Assembly (NCBI GenBank): GCA_964603905.1
Contig: CAZRWH010000001.1
Location: 3,146 to 65,155 of the forward strand
Reading direction: 5' to 3'
Length of the DNA stretch: 62,010 nt
Source: an uncultured Candidatus Peribacteria bacterium
GTDB lineage: Bacteria; Patescibacteriota; Gracilibacteria; UBA1369; UBA12470
Each line of letters starts with the position of its first letter. Position 1 is the stretch's first letter. The notes beneath the pieces were generated by a model, which saw only the letters and a program-made list of their open reading frames with translations, was not told the DNA's origin and searched no databases. This document shows positions 8,644 through 16,048 of this stretch, one piece after another. The position numbers and the translations under genes were made by a program.

Positions 8644-10617
8644 TTAGTCCTTTAGATGAGTGTATTTGCATTCACGTTTGAATGGCTCGAAGTCTTTTCC
8701 TCCACCTTCCATGAATTTCCCGAAGAACTCTACGTATTGCAGACGAGCCGAGTGGATGAAAGCTCCTAGCGTTGATAGCGCTATATTAAGTGTGTGACCT
8801 AGTATAATTACGATGAATCCAACGATGAATCCAACATAAGGAATTAGATCTACCATAATGGTTGCGATTGTATTCATTGCAAACGCGATAATTCCAGTAC
8901 CAAGACCAAGGGCCATGATACGAGAGTAAGAAAGTACGTCTGAGAAGTATCCAACTACATTATATAGAGACAGAACTCCAAGTCCGAGCTTTCCGACGAT
9001 GCTCTTTGACTTTCTTCCTTGAGTTAGGATTAGTGCAATTGTTAATCCAAGAGCAATGTTATTAGAAAGTCCAGCATAAGGTTGTAGTGGCTCGATTGCT
9101 GAAGTTGCTCCAAGGCCTAGTAGTGAAGTTAGGAAGATTATCCAAAGAAGGCTGTCTAGAAGTGCGTCCATGACCTTTCCGTCTTTGAGTTTCCAGTATC
9201 CATCAACCATTAGACCAACAAATACTTGAATAATTCCCATTGCGAATGCTAGTCCGAGGAATACAAGAGCCCCTGATCCTACAGGATTGATGATTTGTCC
9301 TTTGAATCCAAGAACGCCATTCTTCATTTCTGTTAAGAAGGCTGGTGCTTGCTCTGGAGTAAGTCCGAACCATCCACCAAGTAGTACACCTGCTACGAAC
9401 GTAACAAGTCCTCCCCACATAAGTAGTCTTAGTAGTCCTTTGCTTCCTTCAGGGATCTTTAGGAATTTAAGAGCTACAAAACAAAGTGAGAATAGCAGGA
9501 ATCCATATCCTGAGTCTGACAAACATAGTCCGAAGAATATAATAAAGAAAGCTGCCAAGAATGGTGTTGGGTCGACTTCTGTAGGAAGTGGAAGTCCGTA
9601 GATTCTTGTTACAGATTCAAACATGTTCATGAATCCTTTGTTTCGTAGTTCGACCGGTGCGCTTTCGTCTTCTTCTGGCTCTACTTCCATGATTGCGACT
9701 CCTGGAAGTTCTTTTTTTATTTCTTCTTTAAGATTAGTTAGTTCTTCTTTCTTCGCCCATCCTGTCATTACGAATGTGTACTCAGTTTCTCCTGCCATGT
9801 CTTTGTGTTCTTCTCTCACGAATTGCCATAGGTACCAATCGTGTACTATTTTCAGGCTGTCGCTGTTCTTTGCTACTTGCGTTAGTTCTTTTTCAATTTT
9901 CTCTAGTTCTTTTTGAAGTGATCCTTCTTCTTTCTTAATTTCTTTTAGGTGTTTTTTTACACCCCCTGTAGCCGTAATAAGATCAGCTTCTTGTACTCTG
10001 TACTCATTTAGCAGGGGTTGTATTTGGTCTGAATCTGAAAGCAGGTGGATTAGAGAGAAGTAAGCTTTTGATTGATCTTCTGACACTGTGTGGAAGTCAA
10101 CTTTTGCATCTAGTTTTGCAAGTGCGCTTTTGAACTCTTCGAAATCAAGCTTTCCTATTACTCCAAGCACTAGCTTTGCGTGCTTTGTCGTGTGAGGTGT
10201 ATCTAGGTGAACTCTTAGGTTTTTCCAAGGTTCTAGAGTTCGTTCTTCTTGAGTGATGTCTGATAGTCTGTTCTTTGCTTTGACCATTTTTTCTTCTAGG
10301 TCTTGGCAAAGTTTCACAACTTCTTCGTAGTTGAATGTTTTTGCAATAGACTCGATGTTGTCTGCATTTAATATGATTGGAGCAGGAAGAATTCCTTTCT
10401 TCTCATAGTCTGCAAGTAACTTGATTGCGAAGTCTAGATTTGCAAGCTTTAGCTCAAGTTCATGGTCATGCTTTTGAGCCTGAGAAACTCTTGAAGATAC
10501 TTCTTCTCCGAGATCTTTTAGCTCAAGGATATTTTTCTTTTGCAAAAGCTCCATAGCTTGCTCGAGCTTATTTCGAAGCCCGATGATCTGGATCTTTTGC
10601 ATTGGTATTACAGCCAT
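8644..10617 (-). CDS. atpI: V/A-type ATP synthase subunit I (a-like stator)
   Basis: 657 aa. Soluble N-terminal half plus a multi-TM C-terminal half ending in the conserved ...SYSRIMALGLG...HSARLQYVEFFGKF. Confidence 0.93.
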   Translation of the reverse strand: MAVIPMQKIQIIGLRNKLEQAMELLQKKNILELKDLGEEVSSRVSQAQKHDHELELKLANLDFAIKLLADYEKKGILPAPIILNADNIESIAKTFNYEEVVKLCQDLEEKMVKAKNRLSDITQEERTLEPWKNLRVHLDTPHTTKHAKLVLGVIGKLDFEEFKSALAKLDAKVDFHTVSEDQSKAYFSLIHLLSDSDQIQPLLNEYRVQEADLITATGGVKKHLKEIKKEEGSLQKELEKIEKELTQVAKNSDSLKIVHDWYLWQFVREEHKDMAGETEYTFVMTGWAKKEELTNLKEEIKKELPGVAIMEVEPEEDESAPVELRNKGFMNMFESVTRIYGLPLPTEVDPTPFLAAFFIIFFGLCLSDSGYGFLLFSLCFVALKFLKIPEGSKGLLRLLMWGGLVTFVAGVLLGGWFGLTPEQAPAFLTEMKNGVLGFKGQIINPVGSGALVFLGLAFAMGIIQVFVGLMVDGYWKLKDGKVMDALLDSLLWIIFLTSLLGLGATSAIEPLQPYAGLSNNIALGLTIALILTQGRKSKSIVGKLGLGVLSLYNVVGYFSDVLSYSRIMALGLGTGIIAFAMNTIATIMVDLIPYVGFIVGFIVIILGHTLNIALSTLGAFIHSARLQYVEFFGKFMEGGGKDFEPFKRECKYTHLKD

Positions 10618-10678
10618 GTTAGGTAGTTAGTTGTTGTAGTGGTAGTTGTAGCTATTGAGCCCTGTTGGGCCAGCTTTA
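10618..10678 (-). repeat. family-A G-free leader (10622-10651) plus weak hairpin
   Basis: GGTAGTTAGTTGTTGTAGTGGTAGTTGTAG is identical over 30 nt to the copy at 52373-52402. Confidence 0.7.
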
Positions 10679-11020
10679 TTATTTGATTTCGTTCTCGAAA
10701 CTGTTGATTACTAGGTCCATTGCTTCTTTCTTAGAAGTGTCTGCTTTTCCTGCTAGTGATTCGATTTCTCTTTGAGTGTCTGCAAGTTTGTTCTTAAAGC
10801 TCTCTTGTGCTTCTTGTTTTGCTTCAGCAATTTGTTTGTTACCTTTTGCTTTTGCTTCTTCTTCTGCAGATAGGATTTCTTTTTCAAACTTCTCTTCTGC
10901 TTCCATGATCTTGTTGCGATTTGCTTCTTCTTGCTTTGCAATCTGTTGTTTTACCTTTTCTTCTGATTGTTGAATTTGCATCAACGGATCATCGTGAGTA
11001 GTTGAATCTGTTTGAGTCAT
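10679..11020 (-). CDS. V/A-type ATPase small coiled-coil stalk subunit (G/H-like)
   Basis: 113 aa E/K/A/Q-rich coiled coil. First gene of the operon, as ntpF is in E. hirae. Confidence 0.6.
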   Translation of the reverse strand: MTQTDSTTHDDPLMQIQQSEEKVKQQIAKQEEANRNKIMEAEEKFEKEILSAEEEAKAKGNKQIAEAKQEAQESFKNKLADTQREIESLAGKADTSKKEAMDLVINSFENEIK

Positions 11021-11100
11021 TCTTTATGTAGTTAGTAGTTATAGTGGTAGTTGTAGTCATGGTGTTTTTTTGGCCAAAAAAGCGATTTTAACCTTAAAAC
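11021..11100 (-). repeat. family-A G-free leader (11028-11057) plus A/T palindrome (11065-11081)
   Basis: GTAGTTAGTAGTTATAGTGGTAGTTGTAGT lies next to the ATG. The palindrome is TTTTTTTGGCCAAAAAA. Confidence 0.6.
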
Positions 11101-11113
11101 ACACGCTTACCGG

Positions 11114-11142
11114 ATTCTAAAGATGGGGTAAAAAAAAGTCAA
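11114..11142 (-). promoter_or_regulatory. candidate sigma70-type promoter of the V-ATPase operon
   Basis: The minus strand reads TTGACT-N17-TAGAAT about 95 nt upstream of the first ATG. Confidence 0.4.
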
Positions 11143-11205
11143 TGGTAAAAACAGGCTAAATTCCTTGTCTGTAAGCCAGTTTTGTTGTTATTTGTGTGAT
11201 CAATC

Positions 11206-11367
11206 AAATTAGCGGTATATCGGCGATACCTGCTACCCAGCAGAGCTGGGCACTCTGTATAGCCGACCTTGCAGGCTTGTTTTTCGTAAATTTTGAAGCT
11301 TCATCGTACGGATAAGTACGTTTCGCTATAAAAATTTACTGCAAAACTGCGTATACCATCTAATTTT
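11206..11367. ncRNA. structured intergenic element, copy 1 (unknown family; strand unresolved)
   Basis: Aligns end to end with 59611-59771. Closing stem AAATTAG/CTAATTT. Helices 11220-29/11257-66, 11236-41/11245-50 and 11286-94/11331-39 pair in the same register as copy 2 with different sequences. Confidence 0.6.
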
Positions 11368-11392
11368 ATTGTCACACTTGATTGTTTTGTGC

Positions 11393-13474
11393 TCAGATCT
11401 GGTGTATCCGATTGTCCATCACATATGTCTTGTTTGCGGCCTTCGCGACTTTTTTCATTTGCAGCATGGCGCGTGGCATTGTGTAGGTTTTGAAGCTTTG
11501 GCCTCCAGTAATGAATGCTGCTGGTATCTTGTTTGGTGCTGAGAAGGGCGTTTGGTATATGAAGAGGGTTTTTATTTCTGGTTTGAGCATTTGCCACAGT
11601 CCTGGTGTGCCGACTAATACCGTACTTTCTGGTGATCTTTTGCTTAGGTTTTTGATTTTCCCCATTCCTCCCGATGCGTTTTGTGCCAGTACAGATATTC
11701 CTTCTTTTTGCAGAGGAAGTGCTATGTGTTGATGGAGGCTTAATGATGCTCTTTGTGAATTAATTAGTACGAACGTTGGCTTCTCTGCTTCAGGCAGTGT
11801 TTTTAACAGGTGATTACTGGCCTTCGAAGTGAACTCGTTGTCTTTTGGATGTGGCAGAAAGCTGACTAGCTCAATGTTTAGGTCTTTTTCTGATCTTATT
11901 ATTGTTTCTGTTGAGCTCGGCAGTTTGAGGAGTCTACTTAGGAATTGCCCCTGATTCTCTTCTTCTGCGTAAGTCACTGCGGTTGAGATCAATGTGTTTT
12001 GTGCTGTTTTTGACCATATTTTTTCGAACAAAAGGTCGTCTAGATTTTGAGGTATCACCTTTATAAGAGGGGAGGAGTCTTGCATTAGGCCGATTGATAT
12101 TTTGGCCAGATGTGTTTTTCCCTTTATTTTTGCTAAAAATTTCAAAAGCTGTGCTTCTTCAGATTCGGTGCTTAGTTCTGCTGCTATTTTGTCGATTAGA
12201 TCTGCGGTTTTTTTCCACTCAATTGTCGACATGTGATAGTCGTTCAGTTCTAGCTCGAATTGTTGGCCGAATTTTTCGTATAAGATTCCGATGTATCCGA
12301 ACAGTATTGTTAATCTGTCTTTTGTTTCGTCGGACAGGCTGCTTCGTAGGAATCGCTTTTGTGTGTATATGGCTGTGAAGCTTCGTTGAATGTTGTCGTA
12401 GAACTCGTCGATTTCATCTATTATTAGATGTTTTTGGTCTAAGAATCCTTCGTGGTTCTTTGCTAGTTTGGCGAGTGTTGAATGGCCTGTTATTACGGTT
12501 GTTTCTTCTAGTTTTTTGAGGATTTCCTGTGGGTATTTTTCGCAACATAGGTCCCACCACAGATTTTTGATCTCAAAAGGTATTGTTATGTCGGTTTTTG
12601 CTATTGGATGAGGTTTTCCGAGCGTGAATATTTTTAGGGCGAATGTTGTTTCTTCTGGTGTGAGGGAGTCTTTTTTTAGCATTTTCTCGAACAGCTCTTC
12701 GTCTAGGTATTGGTTTTTATCCAGGATGGTATGAATTGTTTCGTCGTTTGTTGCGACTATTGCTTGTTCATTTGCTAACGCTTGATGTTTGTATTCATCC
12801 AGTTCGATGAGTGCTGTTTTTGAATCGTGTTGTATCGGAAGAGGAGCGTGTGATACTTCTTCGTGTTTGGGGTCTCTTAATTCAACCTTCTTAAATGTTC
12901 GTGAAGCTTCTAACAATATTTGTCTCCATGGTGATTTTGATTTTTCTATTACTGGAAGGACTTCTTCAAGATTGTTTTTGGAAAAATATGTGTCTATTAA
13001 CCTGAAAAGTATGTCTATGTTGTCTTTGACATCTTTCAATGCGCGGTGTTGTCCTGTTTCTTCTACTCCAAGTTCCGATGCTATTATCTCGAGGCTGTAT
13101 GATTCTGCTTTTGGAACGGTAATGTGTGCGATGTCCATTGAGTCGAGACGAACATTTGTTGTAGGAATCCCTGCAGCTTCCAGGAAGTCCATATCGAAAT
13201 TAATGTTATGTCCCATTATTGGGTAGTCCGCAATGAACTCTTGTATTTCTGATTTTATGTTTGTCAGTCTTGGAGCGTCTACCAGCATCTCGTCGGTTAT
13301 TCCGGTCAGATGAGTGATTAGATTCGGCAGTTTTACCCCTGGAGATACGAAGGATTCAAAAGTTTTTTCTATTTCGCGTGTTTCTAAGTCCACCAAAGCT
13401 GCACCGACCTCGATAATTTTGTCGTTATCTTTGTTCAAACCTGTTGTTTCGATGTCCAGACATATGATTTTCAT
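11393..13474 (-). CDS. DnaQ-like 3'-5' exonuclease fused to a DinG-like helicase-type domain (ATPase motifs degenerate)
   Basis: 693 aa. DEDDh motifs DIETTG, GHNINFDMDF and HRALKDVKDN. The C-terminal part has a DEID box (HLIIDEIDEF) and VLVGTPGLWQ, but no N-terminal Walker A. Confidence 0.75.
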   Translation of the reverse strand: MKIICLDIETTGLNKDNDKIIEVGAALVDLETREIEKTFESFVSPGVKLPNLITHLTGITDEMLVDAPRLTNIKSEIQEFIADYPIMGHNINFDMDFLEAAGIPTTNVRLDSMDIAHITVPKAESYSLEIIASELGVEETGQHRALKDVKDNIDILFRLIDTYFSKNNLEEVLPVIEKSKSPWRQILLEASRTFKKVELRDPKHEEVSHAPLPIQHDSKTALIELDEYKHQALANEQAIVATNDETIHTILDKNQYLDEELFEKMLKKDSLTPEETTFALKIFTLGKPHPIAKTDITIPFEIKNLWWDLCCEKYPQEILKKLEETTVITGHSTLAKLAKNHEGFLDQKHLIIDEIDEFYDNIQRSFTAIYTQKRFLRSSLSDETKDRLTILFGYIGILYEKFGQQFELELNDYHMSTIEWKKTADLIDKIAAELSTESEEAQLLKFLAKIKGKTHLAKISIGLMQDSSPLIKVIPQNLDDLLFEKIWSKTAQNTLISTAVTYAEEENQGQFLSRLLKLPSSTETIIRSEKDLNIELVSFLPHPKDNEFTSKASNHLLKTLPEAEKPTFVLINSQRASLSLHQHIALPLQKEGISVLAQNASGGMGKIKNLSKRSPESTVLVGTPGLWQMLKPEIKTLFIYQTPFSAPNKIPAAFITGGQSFKTYTMPRAMLQMKKVAKAANKTYVMDNRIHQI

Positions 13475-13564
13475 GCTTGTAGTATAGGGGAGTGATGATT
13501 TCGGTTCCAGTTTTTTGGATCAAGATTTAACAAAAATTTAATATATGTGCGGTATTTTCTGGTT

Positions 13565-13960
13565 ATGAATTATATAAAAAAGTTTTTTGAATGGATTGTG
13601 TTGAAGCGCGATTTAGACAAGAAAAATCATAAACCTCCTTATGTTCCTGAAGGGGAAATATGGTGGGCGAGTATTGGAGAAAATGTGGGGGCTGAAATAA
13701 ACGGGAAGAGCCGTCTGTTTTCTAGACCAGTTATTGTTTTGAAGAAATTGTCTAAAGGGTTTTATTTTGTTGTTCCGACTACTACTCAGGTTCGAAATGG
13801 GAATTGGTATGTTGTTTTTTATGATAATAAATTTTGTGTTACTGCCTGTTTGCATCAAGCGAGGCCCGTTGATTATAGGCGTTTTTATTCAAAATTGGGC
13901 GAATTAGATAAAAGTGAGTTTGATAAACTCAAGAAGGGGTTTGAAAGTTTGTATTTATAA
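13565..13960 (+). CDS. MazF/PemK-family toxin-like protein (no adjacent antitoxin seen)
   Basis: EGEIWWASIGENVGAEINGK...RPVIVL...VVPTTTQ is the PemK fold signature. The ORF track starts at GTG 13547; the ATG at 13565 is more likely. Confidence 0.7.
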   Translation: MNYIKKFFEWIVLKRDLDKKNHKPPYVPEGEIWWASIGENVGAEINGKSRLFSRPVIVLKKLSKGFYFVVPTTTQVRNGNWYVVFYDNKFCVTACLHQARPVDYRRFYSKLGELDKSEFDKLKKGFESLYL

Positions 13961-14037
13961 AAAATGTTCCCCCCGTCTAGAACGGGGGGTCGTGGGTAAC
14001 CCCAAAGTACTGGAATTATACCTTGTGAGTTTGCTTC

Positions 14038-14349
14038 ATGTCAATTTTGCATGATAAAATATTGTCACTATATTTTGACAAATATGACATGGCTAAACCA
14101 AGAAGACTTAGACCTTTGATTCCTCAGGCGCATATTGATGCTCAAAGAGGTGTTGCTGAAAGAGCTGCTCAGAAAGATGCTGAATGGGGAGATCCTCCAA
14201 CAATTTCTGCTGACGAATTGGAGCAAATCAGATTAGAGGCCGCTGATTCTGCGCATGTCATGAGAAGGCAGAACGAAACTGCTGCTAAAGCTGCTATTGC
14301 TACTGAGCATGGCCCAGGTGTTTGTTTTGATCCACCATATGAAGGTTAG
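14038..14349 (+). CDS. hypothetical protein
   Basis: 103-aa ORF with no recognised family. An alternative start at MAKPRRL is possible. Confidence 0.4.
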   Translation: MSILHDKILSLYFDKYDMAKPRRLRPLIPQAHIDAQRGVAERAAQKDAEWGDPPTISADELEQIRLEAADSAHVMRRQNETAAKAAIATEHGPGVCFDPPYEG

Positions 14350-14594
14350 TGAGCAAATGGCAAAGAGCAGATGGCAGTTCGGAATTTTCTTTAATAAAAA
14401 ATATGTCTGAAGTAAAACAACCAAATGAGATTCCTTTAGCCAGGATTAAGGCAAGGCGCGAGATGCTTAATCGTGGTCGAGCAAAACTTCTTCAAAGTGA
14501 AGCACAAATTTATGGCCCGCGTGAAGTTTCTCAGGTTCTTGATGAACGTCGTCAGGCTGTTCGGGATCTACGAATTTTGCAAGAGCTAGCTTAG
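14349..14594 (+). CDS. hypothetical protein
   Basis: 81-aa ORF from GTG. An in-frame ATG at 14403 (MSEVKQPNE...) is more likely. No family recognised. Confidence 0.4.
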   Translation: MSKWQRADGSSEFSLIKNMSEVKQPNEIPLARIKARREMLNRGRAKLLQSEAQIYGPREVSQVLDERRQAVRDLRILQELA

Positions 14595-15865
14595 ATGGTT
14601 GGGGTAGCTATGATCTCAGCTTTTAGGTTGATTAGGTTGAGTGTTATTCGACATACCTCAGCTCGGGTGATGCTGTTACCTCCGCCGAATGTTCCATCTG
14701 CATATCCCGAAACAACCTCTGTTTCCGACGCTTCCATTAGGTATGTGTAGTACCAGTCATCTTCTGTTACGTCTGAGAATGAGTTCACCCAATCTTCTTC
14801 ATCTCCTAGGAAGACTGACGCTCCGTTTAGGTCTTCTACTCCTGATGCTTCGATTAGAATTTTTAAAGCTTCTGCTCGGTTTACCTCATTTGCTGGTGCG
14901 AAAGTGCCGTCAGGATATCCTCCAATTATTTCGTATGCATATGCTGAGTTGATGTAGTTCGTGAACCATTCTCCGTCTTCTACATCTGGGAATTGTGAGT
15001 CTGCTTCGTAAACTTCATATCCAAAAGCTTCAAGTGCAATTTTTGTGATTGCTGCTCTGTTGATGTAATCGCTTGGTCCAAAAGATCCGTCTGGATATCC
15101 TTCAACTATTCCTAGTTCGGCAAGTTCCATGATGTCGTCATATGCCCAATGTCCATCAATGTCCGAGAATGTTATTTCTACTACTTCTTCCTCTTCTTCG
15201 GTCTCGGTGTTTTCTTCCTCAGTTGTTTCTTCTTCCGGGCTAACTTCTTCTATTGTGATTGAAGTTGAAGAGCTTATGTTTCCTTCTGAATCCATCGCGT
15301 AAATATAAAATTTATTTGATGCGTTTTGGTTAAGTTCTACTTTTACAGAGAATGTTCCGCTTGATGTTACGAAATCTTCTCCAGTGTCTGCTCCTGAAAC
15401 TACTATTGTAGATCCAACCTCTGCAGTTCCTGTTAATGTGACCGCGTCTGCGTCAACAGGTGAGTCCATATCGTCTACTGTTGGTGTGTCTGGAGCTGTT
15501 CTGTCTTCTCCAGTCTCTTCTTCTGCTGCTTGTGCTTCAGCTTCGCTTTCAACAATTGTTACTGTCACGATTTCTGATGGTTGTCCGTCCTCTCCAACTG
15601 CTTGGATTGAAAAAGTGTTTGTTACTTCTTGACCAAGACTGACTGTTCTTTCCCAGTCTCCGTTATCGTCAGCATATACTGGTGAGAGCATGTAAGGTCC
15701 ACCTGTTACTGTGATTTGAGCTCCTGGCTCTGAAGTCCCAGTCAAAGTGTATTTGTCAGCATCGATTGGTGATGTTGGATCGTCTACTGTTGGTGCATCT
15801 GTTGCAATTGCTTGCAAAGGCATTAGTAGGATTGCCAAAATTGTGGCGAGTGTGAGTTTTTTCAT
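14591..15865 (-). CDS. secreted surface protein: two Ig-like repeats, acidic linker, three SLH domains
   Basis: Signal peptide MKKLTLATILAILLMPLQAIA. Repeated PTVDD..SP(I/V)DAD..TLTGT units. Three FSD/FPD...GYPDGTF...NRAE SLH motifs. Confidence 0.85.
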   Translation of the reverse strand: MKKLTLATILAILLMPLQAIATDAPTVDDPTSPIDADKYTLTGTSEPGAQITVTGGPYMLSPVYADDNGDWERTVSLGQEVTNTFSIQAVGEDGQPSEIVTVTIVESEAEAQAAEEETGEDRTAPDTPTVDDMDSPVDADAVTLTGTAEVGSTIVVSGADTGEDFVTSSGTFSVKVELNQNASNKFYIYAMDSEGNISSSTSITIEEVSPEEETTEEENTETEEEEEVVEITFSDIDGHWAYDDIMELAELGIVEGYPDGSFGPSDYINRAAITKIALEAFGYEVYEADSQFPDVEDGEWFTNYINSAYAYEIIGGYPDGTFAPANEVNRAEALKILIEASGVEDLNGASVFLGDEEDWVNSFSDVTEDDWYYTYLMEASETEVVSGYADGTFGGGNSITRAEVCRITLNLINLKAEIIATPTI

Positions 15866-16048
15866 TTTTGTTTTTGGTTAGTCGAGAGTCGAGAATCGAC
15901 AGTCGAAAGTGGTTGGTGTTTTGCTTTGCAAAACGGAATTGTTAGTGATTCCGCGGGGACCGCTTCGCTTCCCTGCGGCGTGGTGTCCCGCTGAGCGGGA
16001 CTGTTTTATTTTAATCCATACGTCATAAGTCTTATGTCATATGTCTAT
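15866..16048 (-). promoter_or_regulatory. 183-nt highly structured spacer upstream of the SLH gene
   Basis: Hairpins at 15918-15934, 15951-15978 and 15985-16001 (GTCCCGCTGAGCGGGAC). TCGAC-rich tandem motif at 15880-15910. ATGAC-type motif at 16020-16046. Confidence 0.5.

Noticed and set aside
11206-11367. The element as a known riboswitch (for example a Na+/cation riboswitch ahead of the V-ATPase), RNase P, SRP, 6S or tmRNA.
   Set aside because: None of the consensus cores I can recall are present. The second copy sits in a ribosomal operon, and the V-ATPase promoter candidate lies downstream of the element. An Rfam scan is still needed.
14591-14594. Convergent genes sharing overlapping stop codons (TTAG gives TAG on the plus strand and TAA on the minus strand). 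Similar 20-53-nt convergent overlaps occur at 38079-38098 and 42237-42289.
   Set aside because: This is common in compact genomes, and no functional implication can be drawn from sequence alone.
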